The notes beneath the pieces are model-generated. The model was not told where the DNA came from and searched no databases. It saw only the letters and a program-made list of their open reading frames with translations. A stretch of DNA of 64,000 nt from NCBI RefSeq assembly GCF_006345805.1, contig NC_043022.1:10168001-10232000 (forward strand), written 5' to 3'. The first letter of the stretch is position 1, and each line of letters begins with the position of its first letter. The position numbers were made by a program, and so were the translations under genes. Positions 39,125-51,883 of this stretch are shown here, in pieces. Origin of the DNA: Octopus sinensis. Taxonomy: Eukaryota.

Positions 39125-40590
39125 TTCATCATCATCATCATTTAACGTCTACTTTCCGTGCTGGCATGGGTTGGACGGTTTGGTTGAAAACTGGTAAGCC
39201 GGGAAGCTGCACCAGGTTCCAATCTGATTTGGCAAAGTTTCAATGGGTAGTCCTCTCTCCCTCGCTCCCTCTACACTTAGCGAGAGTGTGTGTGCATGTG
39301 TGTAAGGAAAATGCATATTTACTAACAGAAATGAATGCTATTAAAATACATCATCTTTTGCATGGGGGGGTGGCATAAAATGAGTAATGCTAACCACTCC
39401 GAGAGGGCAGCGGATGCTTTTGCATGCCACCAACCTAACACACCGACATCGGTCATGTCTATGGTCTCACTTGGCATAACAGGTCTACACAAGCATGGTA
39501 TATCATCAAAGGTCTCAGTCACCTGTTACTGCCTCCATGAGGCCCAATGCTTGACCGGTGCTTTTTACATTGCCACCAGCACAGGTGCCAGTCAGACGGC
39601 ACTGGTATCAGCCACGATTATGATATCACTTTGCTTGACACTTCTTTACAAGCACAGCATATCATTCAATGTTTGAAGGGGGCTTTTAAAGGGCCAGTTA
39701 TGTAACACTGGCATTGGCCAAGACTACAATCTCACTTCACTTGATGGGTGTTCTCAAGCACAACATATTGCCAAAGGTCTCGGTCACTTGTCATTGCTTC
39801 GGAGATCATGCTTCACCACCTCGTCTCATGTCTTCCTGGGTCTACCTCTAACAGAGGTTCCCTCCGCAGTTAGAGATCAGCACTTCTTCACACAGCTGTC
39901 CTCACACACATCACATGACCCTACCAACACAGTCATCTCCCTTGCACACCACATCTGATGCCTCTTATGCCCAACTTTTCTCTCAGGACGCTTACACTCT
40001 GTCGTGCATGCACACTGACTTTACACATCCAGCAAAGCATATTAGCTTTGTTTCTTACAAGCCTACATATGTCCTCGACAGTCAAGGCCCTTGTTTCACT
40101 GCTGTGTAGCATGGCTGTTCGCACACAGGCAGGCATAATACAGTCTGCCTTTCACTCTGAAGGAGAGGCCCTTTGTTACCAGCAAAGGTAGGAGTTCTTT
40201 GAACTTTGCTCAGCCTGTTCATATTCTAGCAGCTATACTCTCAGATCATCCACCCCTGCTACTGACCTGGTCACTTATTTTAATCTCCTGGCACATGATG
40301 GAATCTATTTTCTGTTTATTTTTAGTGTTAATTGTACCTGTGCACCTTCCACACACAAAATCTATTTTCCCTGTTAAGCTTCCGTTGATATTGCTGCACC
40401 TCTTATGTGTCCATAGCTTACACCAGGTACATCTTATGGAATTTCTACCTATGCCTTTTCTACAGACTGAGCAGGGCCATCTACCTGAAGGGATTTGTGA
40501 CTTGTCTGCCTTCATACTTAGTAAGGCTTTGGTTTTTGCTAGGTTAACTCTAAGGCCCTTTGATTCAAGACCTTGCTTCCACACATGAAA
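39125..40590 (-). mobile_element. 5'-truncated RTE LINE with PHD-like finger, 3' UTR and (gat)n tail
   Basis: WKQGLESKGLRVNLAKTK, CSVCRKGIGRNSIRCTWCKLWTHKRC..FVCGRC, CVRTAMLHSSET. Tail acgttaaatgatgatgatg. Confidence 0.88.
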
Positions 40591-40789
40591 TTTCTCTAGT
40601 TCTGGTAGTGATTCAGTTATAAGGGCAAGCTTAGCAGTTTGGCAAAAGAGACTGATAGAATAAGTACTAGGCCTAAATAAATCCTGGGGTCAGTTTGTTC
40701 GACTAAAATCCTTCAAGGTTATGCTCCATTATGGCTGCAGTCACATGACTGGAATGAGTAAAAGAAGTATAAAAATAATATATATATAG

Positions 40790-40926
40790 GTGCAGGAGTG
40801 GCTGTATGGTTCCGGGTTCAGTCCCACTGCGTGGCACCTTGGGAAAGTGTCTTCTACTATAGCCTCGGGCTGACCAAAGCCTTGTGAGTGGATTTGGTAG
40901 ACGGAAACTGAAAGAAACCCATCGTA

Positions 40927-41019
<93 letters not shown>

Positions 41020-41465
41020 CGTGTATGTTTGTGTGTCTGTGTCTGTCCCCCTAGCATTGCTTGACAACTGATGCTGGTGTGTTTATGTCCCCATCACTTA
41101 GCATTTCGGCAAAAAGAGACCGATGGAATAAGTACTGGGCTTACAAAGAATAAGTCCCGGGGTCGAGTTGCTTGATTAAAGGCGGTGCTCCAGTATGGCC
41201 GCAGTCAAATGACTGAAACAAGTAAAAGAGTAAAAAGAGAGAGAGAGAGAGAGTACATTTCTACCGAAGTATGGTAACAAAAGGGTTAAGGTGGCAATGA
41301 ATACTTTAGGGAAAATGAGATCCATATTTCAAACCTAATCATTTGTATGAATGATGAAATACGACAAAAGTAAATAGGAAAGAAGGTGCGGCAAAGTAAC
41401 AGAGAAATGATTGGATAAGACCTACTTACTTCCCCCACACAGTCGCTCTCTTTCATTTGCCCTCT

Positions 41466-41496
<31 letters not shown>

Positions 41497-41980
41497 GCCA
41501 CATTGTAGTAGAAGCTATTGAAGAATGAGAAGTAAGGGCCCGTGCTTGATTTTAATGAAGAATGAAAAAGTAAGGATTCCACTTTCACGGGTTCGATGCC
41601 TTAATGATTTGACATTCGTTTTCTTGTGTTTTTGCCACTCACGTCATTGCACTGACTACACCTACTCATCCACACCTATACACACGCACACACGTGCTTA
41701 TACACACAATGTGCATACATAAATACATACATACATACATACATACATACACACATACATACATACATACACACACACATACATACATACACACACATAT
41801 ACATACATACACACATACATACATACACACACACACATACATACGTACGTACATACATACATACATACATACACACACATACATACATACATACACACAC
41901 ATACATACATACATACACATACATACATACATACATACACACACACATACATACATACACACACACATACGTACGTACGT

Positions 41981-42011
<31 letters not shown>

Positions 42012-42055
42012 TGTACGTACATACATACATACATACATACATACACACACACATA
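40790..42055. repeat. Local segmental duplication, copy 2
   Basis: See 36140-37375. Confidence 0.9.
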
Positions 42056-42380
42056 CTGGGCTTACAAAGAATAAGTCCCGGGGTCGAGTTGCTTGATTAA
42101 AGGCGGTGCTCCAGCATGGCCGCAGTCAAATGACTGAAACAAGTAAAAGAGTAAAAGAGTATATGATGGTGAGAAAGGATCTTCAGATGCTGGGCTTCAC
42201 TGGAGAAAGGACAAGGGACCAGGAGATGTGACGAATTGCTTAACTTGATAAGACGCATCAAGCTAAGTAAAATTGCTGTCTTCCACACTTACAGGCTTGT
42301 CTTTTCAGGTGTGGGTGCCACTTAAAAAGCACCCCTGCTGATGCTGTGTTAATGCACCCATGTTGCTGCTGCGTAAACAC

Positions 42381-42985
42381 ACCTATTTCTTTACTACCCA
42401 CAAGGGGCTAAACACAGAGAGGACAAACAAGGACAGACAAATGCATTAAGTCGATTATATCAACCCCAGTGCGCAACTGGTACTTATTTAATCGACCCCG
42501 AAAGGATGAAAGGCAAAGTTGACCTCGGCGGAATTTGAACTCAGAACGTAGCAGCAGACGAAATACCTATTTCTTTACTACCCACAAGGGGCTAAACACA
42601 GAGAGGACAAACAAGGACAGACAAATGCATTAAGTCGATTATATCAACCCCAGTGCACAACTGGTACTTATTTAATCGACCCCGAAAGGATGAAAGGCAA
42701 AGTTGACCTCAGCGGAATTTGAACTCAGAATGTAGCGGCAGACGAAATACCTATTTCTTTACTACCCACAAGGGGCTAAACACAGAGAGGACAAACAAGG
42801 ACAGACAAATGCATTAAGTCGATTATATCAACCCCAGTGCACAACTGGTACTTATTTAATCGTCCCCGAAAGGATGAAAGGCAAAGTTGACCTCGGCGGA
42901 ATTTGAACTCAGAACGTAGCGGCAGACGAAATACGATTACACATTTCGCCTGGCACGCTAACGTTTCTGCCAGCTCGCCACCTTA
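42381..42985 (-). mobile_element. tRNA-derived SINE (gcctttcatcctttcggggtcgat core) with three tandem 184-bp body units
   Basis: Units start at 42381, 42565 and 42749. A single head lies at 42933-42985. Confidence 0.88.
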
Positions 42986-43821
42986 GTGATGGTGACACAT
43001 AAAAAGCACCCAGCACACTCTGTTAAGTGGTTGGCATTAGGAAGGGCATCCAGCTGTAGAGACCATGCCACAACAGACAGTTGGGGTCCGGACAACTCCC
43101 TGGCTGGCCAGCTTCATGTCAAACCGTACAACCCCTGCCAGAGTGGAGAGCAGATGACGATGATAATGATGAGGAGGATAATTTTGTGTTAGTCAATGGT
43201 ACTAAAAACTGTTTTGGGCCAACCGTAGCCTTGTGGTTGAACCTGAGACCACATGGTTAGGAAACAACCATTATTAGATAACCGCATTACCCTTTATAGT
43301 AATTAACATACTGGAAATATTTGATGAGGATGGGGAGGAGGCAGAAGCGAGTTGATGATGGGTAGCAAGAGGAGGAGGAGGCGAGTTGCAAAGTCATTAG
43401 CATACTGGACAAAACGCTTAGTGGCATTTTGTCGGTCTCTACGTTCTGGATACAAATTCCACTGAGGTTAATTTTGCCTTTCGTCCTTTTGGTGGAGAGG
43501 GGCAGGGGTTGATAAAATGAGTACCAGTTGCATACTGGAGGGTCAATGTAATCAACCAACCCCAACTCCACCGAACTTGCTGGCCTTGTGCCGAAATTTG
43601 ATATTGATATTTTATGAGGGGAGGTGGGGGGGGGAGTTATTGTAACCATTTGTAACTTTAAAGATTATAGAAAATTCTGTCGTTGTTTTAAAGTTGGAGA
43701 TAACTCACTGCTTTTTCTATTTTTTTTTATTAACTTTTCTTTTTTTGCTTAAAGAAATAAGAACATTTAATTGCATATTCAATATGGAAGACATGGAAGT
43801 TATCATATATAGTGTACTTAC

Positions 43822-44136
43822 AGACAATTCAAAATTTTCAACGTCTTGATTGGGTTTATTTGAATTATTTTCCTGTTCCTTCAGCCCTTCCTTCGACTCT
43901 TCCTTTGGCTCTTCTTTTGGCTCTTCCTTTGACTCTTTCTTTGACTCTTCCTTTGATTCTCCCTTTGACTCTTTCTTTGACTCTTCCTTTGACTCTCCCT
44001 TTGACTCTTCCTTTGGCTTTTCCTTTGTCTCTTCCTTTGACTCTTCCTTTGGCTCCTTCTTTGACTCTTCCTTTACCTCTTCCTTTGGTTCTTCCTTTGA
44101 CTCTCTTTTCGGCTCCTCCTGACTCTTTGGTCGTCC
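43822..44136 (-). CDS. Candidate exon encoding a charged (KEES/KEEP)n tetrapeptide-repeat segment, gene unknown
   Basis: ttattcag acceptor and TCT|gtaagt donor. 315 bp = 105 codons, phase 0/0, open throughout. 12-bp repeats followed by [22 protein letters not shown]. Confidence 0.5.
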
Positions 44137-44344
44137 CTGAATAAATAAATAAATAAATGAATAAATAAATAAATAAAGATATATATGCATACATATACAT
44201 GCATACATACATACATACACATATACATACATATATATATACATACATACATATATACACATATACATACATATACATACATATATACATACATATATAC
44301 ATACATACATACATATACATACATATATATATATACATACATAT

Positions 44345-44392
<48 letters not shown>

Positions 44393-44748
44393 ATATATAT
44401 ACATACATATGTATGTACGTATGGATGTATGTATTTATGTATGTATGTATGTATATGTGTATATATGTATGTATGTATATATATATGTATGTGTATGTAT
44501 GTATGTATGTATGTATGTATTTATGTATGTATGTATGTCTTTTACTTGTTTCAGTCATCAGACTGCAGCCATGCTGGGGTACTGCCTTTGAATTGACCCC
44601 TGTACTTCGTTTTTAAGCCTGGTACTTAAGTTGGCTATCTCTCTTGCAAAACAACTAAGCTACAGGGATGTAAACATGCCAACACTGGTTGTCAAGGAGT
44701 GGTAGATGACAAACAGAGACACAAAGACACACACACACACACACAGAT

Positions 44749-44784
<36 letters not shown>

Positions 44785-45257
44785 TTACTGCCCACAAGGG
44801 ACTAAACATAAAGGGGACTAACAAGGACAGACAAAGGGATTAAGTCGATTACATCGACTCCAGTGCGAAACTGGTACTTTATTTATCGACCCTGAAAGGA
44901 TGAAAGGCAAAGTCGACCTTGGCGGAATTTGAACTCAGAACGTAACAGCCGATGAGATACTGCTAAGCATTTCGCCCGGTGTGCTAGCGATTCTGCCAAC
45001 TCGCCGTATATATATATACACACACATACAGATGTGGCTGTGTGGTAAGAAGCTAGCTTCCCAACCACATGGTTGAGGGTTCAGTCTCACTGCATGGCAC
45101 CTTGGGGCAAATGTTTTCTAGTATAGTCTTGTGAGTGGATTTAGTAGATGGAAGCTGAAAGAAGCCTGTCACATATATATATATATATATAATATATATA
45201 TATATATTATGACACGCTTCTTTCAGTTTCCATCTACCAAATCCACTCACAAGACTA

Positions 45258-45452
45258 TGACAGGCTTGATGAATTCTTTGCCATGAAATCACCTCAAATC
45301 TGGGAAGAGGGTATTTTCAAGTTAAAGGAAAGATGGAGATGCATTGTGCAACAAAATGGTTCATATTTGGTTGATTAAAAATGTAATGGCAAGTATTTAT
45401 TGGCCTATTTCTTTCCTTTAAAAATCGGCACAAACTTTCTGGACAACCCAAT
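45258..45452 (+). mobile_element. Mariner 3' end with TIR
   Basis: LDEFFAMKSPQIWEEGIFKLKERWRCIVQQNGSYLVD* then ...ctttctggacaacccaa|ta. Confidence 0.85.
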
Positions 45453-46712
45453 AGTTTCCCTCTACATCGTTGCAGTAACCTCTTGGAAAGTGAAATGCTA
45501 AGTCAATCAGGACTGGGTTTGTACTCAAAACTAAAGGGACATAACTGTAAACTGCAAGAAATTTCATTTTTTTCTTATGTCCTGATAGTAACAGGGAAAG
45601 AAAATATAAAGGATATCCTTGTCATTTTGTTTGGTATATAAAAGGATCTTATAAGGAAATAACTAAAGGTGAGGAAAGAAAAAACTTGTAAGCATACTTC
45701 ATTTTTAATGCTGTTTAAGGAGTGTCATTCGTCTGTATGTTTTGGGTTCAAATTCTGGCTCATCACTAAGGCATTAAAAGCTATTAAAGCCACAGAATTA
45801 TGGGAGTTGAGAATGGCCACTCATCATCATCGTTTAACGTCCGCTTTCCATGCTAGCATGGGTTGGACGGTTCGACTGGGGTCTGGGAAGCCAGGAGGCT
45901 GCAGCAGGCCCAGTCTGATCTGGCAGTGTTTCTACAGCTGGATGCCCTTCCTAACACCAACAACTCCGTGAGTGTAGTGGGTGCCCTTTACGTGCCAGGC
46001 GGATGGTTCTTTTATGTGCCACCAGCACTGGTATCACAACTGCAATTTCCATTGATTTTGGAGTGATTTCGATTCTGATTTCACTTGCCTCAGCAGGTCT
46101 TCGCAAGCAGAGTTTTGTGTCCCAAGAAGGAAAGGTATGCATAAGTGGGCTGGCTACATTCCAAGTAGAGGCCACGGGTTATGGCCTCACTTGTCCTTTG
46201 TCCGGCCACTGTGTGTCATTAATGACCATGGATAAGGGTCCAAGTTGTTCACCCTACTGGACACAGTCTGATGTGCAAATCGTAGTCTCTGTCATGCAAG
46301 TTGCACTTTGGGGCTGTCCCAATGCAGTTTGAGTTCTATCTTTCCAGTATAGAATGTTCAATAAGATCCAGGCCTGGGCAATTCGGTATAAGGGACAGGC
46401 TGTTGCCCATGCAGTGTGTGCCTCCTCTCCCTGTCACTGATGGGTCCAAAGGAACAGCATGGCTATTACAATTTGGCCAGCTCAGGAATTGCCAGAACAA
46501 GGTTGTAGATAATGTTGAACTGCCTGAGCTTTGACTCAAAATTTACTCCCAAAGCTTTTCCCATGGCTGGTTATGGCCACAAAGCAGCAAAGGTTTACAG
46601 TCAAAGTTTTCATTCCCCTTCTATAGTTTCTGGAGAAGTAACCTCACTCCTCCTCCTCCTCCTCCTGTTGTTGTTGTTGTTTATTAATTATTATTATTAT
46701 TATTATTTATTA

Positions 46713-46756
<44 letters not shown>

Positions 46757-46784
46757 GACGAAGAAGAAGATGAAGAAGGCAGTG

Positions 46785-47375
46785 AGCTAGAAGAATCGTT
46801 AGTGTGCCAGGCGAAATGCTTAGTGGTATTTCATCTGCTGCTACGTTCTGAGTTCAAATTCTGCCGAGGTCGACTTTGCATTTCATCCTTTCGGGGTCGA
46901 TTAAATAAGAACCAGTAACTCACTGGGGTCGATATAATCGACTTAATCCGTTTGTTTGTCCTTTTATGTCCTCTCTGTGTTTAGCCCCTTGTGGGTAGTA
47001 AAGAGATAGGTATTTCATCTGCCGCTACATTCTAAGTTTGAATTTTGCTGAGGTTGACTTTGCCTTTCATCCTTTTGGGGTCGATTGAATAAGTACCAGT
47101 TACACACTGGGGTCGATATAATCGACTTAATCCGTTTGTCTGTCCTTGTTTGTCCTCTCTGTGTTTATCCCCTTGTGGGTAGTAAAGAAACAGGTATTTC
47201 ATCTGCCGCTACATTCTAAGTTTGAATTTTGCTGAGGTTGACTTTGCCTTTCATCCTTTCGGGGTCGATTAAATAAGTACCAGTTATGCACTGGGATCGA
47301 TGTAATCGACTTAATCCCTTTCCCAAATTCGAGGCCTTGTACTTCCGGTAGTAAAAGATTGTTATTATTATTATT
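46785..47375 (+). mobile_element. Same SINE family with tandem 184-bp body units and an (ATT)n tail
   Basis: ggtattt junctions at 46825, 47009 and 47193. Confidence 0.88.
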
Positions 47376-47442
47376 ATTAAGAGGAAATCATTTACTGTTA
47401 CGTGACTTTTAGCATAGTTCTCCAATTTTGAATTCACCGCAC

Positions 47443-47504
47443 CTTGCTATATGTTGAATTTCCTTCTCCTTTATAACCGGATGTACTTGAGTGACGACAT
47501 TCTT
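47443..47504 (-). CDS. Candidate 62-bp exon (x)ECRHSSTSGYKGEGNSTYSK, in frame with 44136-43822
   Basis: Pyrimidine-rich acceptor ttcttttttgtattgcaattcatcag and donor AAG|gtgcgg. Phase 1 to 0. Confidence 0.4.
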
Positions 47505-48434
47505 CTGATGAATTGCAATACAAAAAAGAATTAACCCATTTAATGTAATACTTCTCTGAAACAAGTGTGGCTGCCTAATAAGGAGTTTGCTTCCCAACCA
47601 CATGGTTCTGGGTACTGTCCCATTGTGTGGCACCTTGAGCAAGTATCTTCTACTATAGCCCTGAATTAACCAATGTCTTGTGAATGGATTTGGTAGTCAC
47701 AAACTGAAAGAAGCTCATCATATATATATATAAATATATATGGATATATCTGTGTGTGTATATGTGTGTGTGCCTTTGTGTTTATGTTTGTCCCCCACCG
47801 CTGCTTCACAATTGGTGTTGGTTTATTTACATCCCCATAACTTCATGACTTGGTAAAAGAAATAGGGAGAATAAGTACCAGGCTTAAAATATAAAGTACT
47901 AGGGTTGATTCAGTCAACTTAAACCCTTCAGGGTGGTGCTCCAGCATGGCCACTGTTTAATGACTGCAACAATTAAGAAATAAATGTTAACTAAAACCTT
48001 TCATTAAGATTTCATGTTCATTTATGTCTCATAGAAAGGTGATGAGCTGGCAGAACCGTTAGCATGCCAGGCGAAATTCTTAGCAGTATTTTGTCGCTAT
48101 GTTCTGAGTTCAAATTCTGCTGAGGTTGACTTTGCATTTTATCCTTTTGGAGGTCAATAAATTAAATACCTATTTCTTTATTTCCCACAAGGGGCTAAAC
48201 ATAGAGGGGACAAACAAGGACAGACATAGGTATTAAGTCGATTACATCGACCCCAGTGCGTAACTGGTACTTAATTTATCGACCCCGAAAGGATGACAGG
48301 TAAAGTCGACCTCGGCGGAATTTGAACTCACAACGTAGCGGCAGATGAAATACCGCTAAGCATCAAATTCTTCAATATTTTAAAAATTAATTGAAACAAA
48401 GGCAGTGTTTTCCAACAGAAATATGGTAATAAAA

Positions 48435-48540
48435 CAAGTTAATTCAACACTGAGAGCACAGTTTCCTTTTTTAATGTGAGCTCTCAAAAATAAATTACAC
48501 TGTTATCCCTATGGTTACGTAACTTCTCTATTAATATTCA
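48435..48540 (-). pseudogene. Diverged mitochondrial 16S rRNA fragment (NUMT)
   Basis: taaccatagggataacagtgtaatttatttttgagagctcacatt...ctcagtgttgaattaa matches the conserved rrnL motif TTACC.TAGGGATAACAGCGTAAT...GACCTCGATGTTGGATTA (recalled). Confidence 0.7.
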
Positions 48541-48565
48541 GTTAGATTAATGGAAATCCATTAAT

Positions 48566-48841
48566 CCTGAGACCCCCTTCGGTCACGACACAGACCAAGG
48601 GATTGCACCTAGAAAGCTCCCCTCTGAGGCACAAGTCCAGGCAGGGTTGTTTATGGAAGACCAGCAGTCACCCATGCCTACTGGCCTCCCCTCTCCACGC
48701 CACCAGTGTTATCCAAGGGAAAGGCAAAGGGCCAATACAGCTTGGCACTTGTAACGTAGCAACTCATTTCTACAGCTGAGTGAACTGGAGCAATGTGAAA
48801 TAAAGTATCTTGCTCAAGGACACAACATGCATTCCGGTCTG
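48566..48841 (-). mobile_element. SINE with a 14-bp target-site duplication
   Basis: ggaaatccattaat at 48552-48565 and 48842-48855. Confidence 0.8.
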
Positions 48842-49656
48842 GGAAATCCATTAATATTAGATAATAAATAGACCATAACCTCGTGGCCTATGCCAGGGGT
48901 GTAAGCAGCCCACTTATGTGTACCTTTCCTTCATTGGACACTAAACTCTGCTTGCAAAGACCTGTTGAGGCAAGTTAAATTGAAATCAAATTCGATGACT
49001 GGCATCCATGCTAGCAGAGCGCTAAGAGCACCATCCGAGCATGATTGTTGCCAGAGCAACAAACTGATTTCCGTGCTGCAGGGATGTAAAAAGCACCATT
49101 CGAGCTTGATCGTTACCTGTGTCGCCTTACTGGCACTTGTGCTAGTGGCACGTGAAAAAAACATTCGAGTGAAGTTGTTACCAGTGCTGCTGGACTGGCT
49201 CCTGTGCAGGTGGCACATAAAAAGCAGCATTTGAGCGTGGCCGTTGCCAGTACTGCCCGACTGGCCCCCGTGCCGGTGGCATGTAAAAGCACCCACTACA
49301 CCCTCGGAGTGGTTGGCATTAGGAAGGGCATCCAGCTGTAGAAACTCTGTCAGATCAGACTGGAGCCTGGTGCAGCCATCTGGTTCACCAGACACCAGTC
49401 AAACCGTCCAACCCATGCTAACATGGAAAGCGGACGTTAAACGATCATGATGATGAAATTAAGGTGGTATGCTGGCAGAATCATTAGCACAACAGGCAAG
49501 CTTCTTAGTGGCTTTTGTCTGTCTTTATGTTCTGAGTTCAAATTCTGCTGGAGATGTAAACACACCAGCATTGGTTGTCAAGAGATGTTGGGGGGACAAA
49601 CACAGACACAAATATATACACACATACATACATACATACATACATATATCTATCTA

Positions 49657-49701
<45 letters not shown>

Positions 49702-50819
49702 GACGGGCTTCTTTCAGTTTCCGTCTACCAAATACACTCACAAGGCTTTGGTTGGCCCGAGGCTATAGTAGAAGACACTTGCCCAAGATGCCACGCAGTG
49801 GGACTGAACCCAGAACCATGTGGTTTGTAAACAAGCTACTTACCACACACCCACTCCTATGCCCATGACAAAAATATAATAATGGTTTCAAATTTTGGCC
49901 AGCAATTTCAGAGCAGGGGGTAAGTCGATTTCATGTGTGTGAGACTATGTGCTGTCAACTGTAAACAAACGAAGTACCAGCAGAATTCTGCTTTATGCAT
50001 GACATATAACCCTTCATAATTTTCTTTTTCTTTTTTTAATTTTCAGAAAATTTTTGCGAATTTGTATTCTACACATGAAAATGCATACAATCATGCAAAA
50101 ACCAACACTGGTAAAAGACACACACACATACACATATATATGATGGGTTTCTTTCCCTTTCCATCTACCAAATCCACTCTCAAGCTGTTGGTCAGCCCAA
50201 GGCTATATAACAGAAGACACTTGCCCAGGGCGGGTGCCACCCAGTGGGACAGAATCTGTAAACATGTGTTTGTGAAGCAAGCTTCTTACCACACAGTCAC
50301 AACTGTGTCTATGTGCTATGTGCTAAACGATTCATTTTAATAAAACAAGATTTCGTTGTTCAAATCTGTAAATTCAGAAATTCTGTTTGGTAGATAAAAA
50401 GCTCTTAAAAGCAAGGAATTGTAAGATGAAGAACGAAAACATTTGTAAACAATGCATCATTTATAATACTACATATCACCTGGAAGTATAAACTGTAAAC
50501 CAGTGATAAGAAACTAGCAGAATACAGTTTATGCTGAGAGCAAAAAGGCAGAAATCAAATACTTCAATAACAACACGTTGTTCAACTTTTCTAAATCCTC
50601 ACAGTATTTAAACTTATTCCACTGTTTGAATGCTTGGTATTTACTGTTTGCTGACACAGATCATCTCTAGTTTTTTTTCTTTTAAGTTTTACTGTCTTAG
50701 TATAAAACTGGCACTTCCAGAACAACCTGCTCATGATATGTGCAAATGGCAGAGCACTCCAGAGATACACGTCTCCTTAACATGTTGCAGGAGTGGATTT
50801 GCGCTAGGTACCTATCTTT

Positions 50820-51185
50820 AGTTAGTTAGTTAATTTTTTGGCTCAAAAAGCAAAAAGCAAGGCCATGTAGGGGGACATGGAGTTATGTACAGGGTGGTGT
50901 TCATGTAAAGAGTTCAGGTCACTTGTGGTCAAGGGAGACTTTGAACCGAGCGGTCGTCGGCATCTTCACTATCTCGTCCAGCAGCTTATTCCACGGGACC
51001 GCAACCCGGACTGAGAAAGCCCCTCTCCTTCGATTGAGATGAAATCGTCACAGATAGAGCTTTTCGGAGTGACACCGCAACCAACGCTCTGGAGCAGGAG
51101 TGAAGAACAACTCTTTCGAGAGGTTACACTTTCTGCTTATGATGTTGTGAGCAAGAACGAGATCACCACGGCGTTGTCGTTTTTC
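50820..51185 (-). mobile_element. CR1-type LINE 3' end
   Basis: RGDLVLAHNII..ELFFTPAPER..FSVRVAVPWNKLLDEIV and a (ctaa)n tail. Confidence 0.85.
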
Positions 51186-51372
51186 TAGAGAGTAAAGGTC
51201 GAGCGTCTTCAGCCTTTGTTTCTAAACTAAAGGAGGTATCTACATCGGTGGCACAGTGAAGAAGAGAATAACTATCTTCCTTCGTTTATGAAATGAAGAT
51301 TCCTAGGTAACATCCAAGATTAAGATACTTTGTGGTGATTGAAGCTTAGCAGAGATGTAATATTGAAATACT

Positions 51373-51883
51373 CAGTATTCAGTCTTGACCTCATTGAGGT
51401 AAAGACCTACACAATTTGAGGCTTGTTCGAGATATTGTAAAAGAGACTGGGCATTGGAGAGAGAATCACTGATAAAAGCGATGTCGTCAGCAAAGTCAGT
51501 GTCTGTCAAGTATTCAGCTGGGTGTCTGGAACTTCTTCTAGGTTTTATTTCAAAGCCCTTGCCAGAAATGGTATCAACTGACATACATAGCACATAGTCA
51601 ACGACAATGATGAAGAAAAATGGGGAGAGTGTGAAAGGTAGAAGAGTCCAGTTTGCTGGACATTGTTGTAGAGCTGAAAACGAGGCAATTTCTACTCTTC
51701 TCCTCTGGAAGCCATCTACTCACAATACCAGAGGGCACACACTCTCCTACCCTGATGTAATCTCCAGGGATACAGGCATCCAGCAACAGGACCTCCGTAA
51801 TGCTATGATGAACCGTGAAGTCTGGCGTAGCATGGTAAATTCCATTGTCTCGACCACGGTTGAACAATGATGAAATGATGATG
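51373..51883 (+). mobile_element. 5'-inverted RTE-superfamily LINE insertion with an 11-bp TSD
   Basis: RT part (TDTDFADDIAF) on minus 51373-~51630; C-terminus (RVQFAGHCCR..LLLWKP) and (atg)n tail on plus. attgaaatact at 51362 and 51884. Confidence 0.88.

Noticed and set aside
46200-46620. Possible Tx1/L1 C-terminal remnant
   Set aside because: Similarity too weak to support without a search.
51244-51302. 59-bp exon-like segment with a gtaaga donor
   Set aside because: Weak acceptor, and its phase is incompatible with neighbouring candidates.
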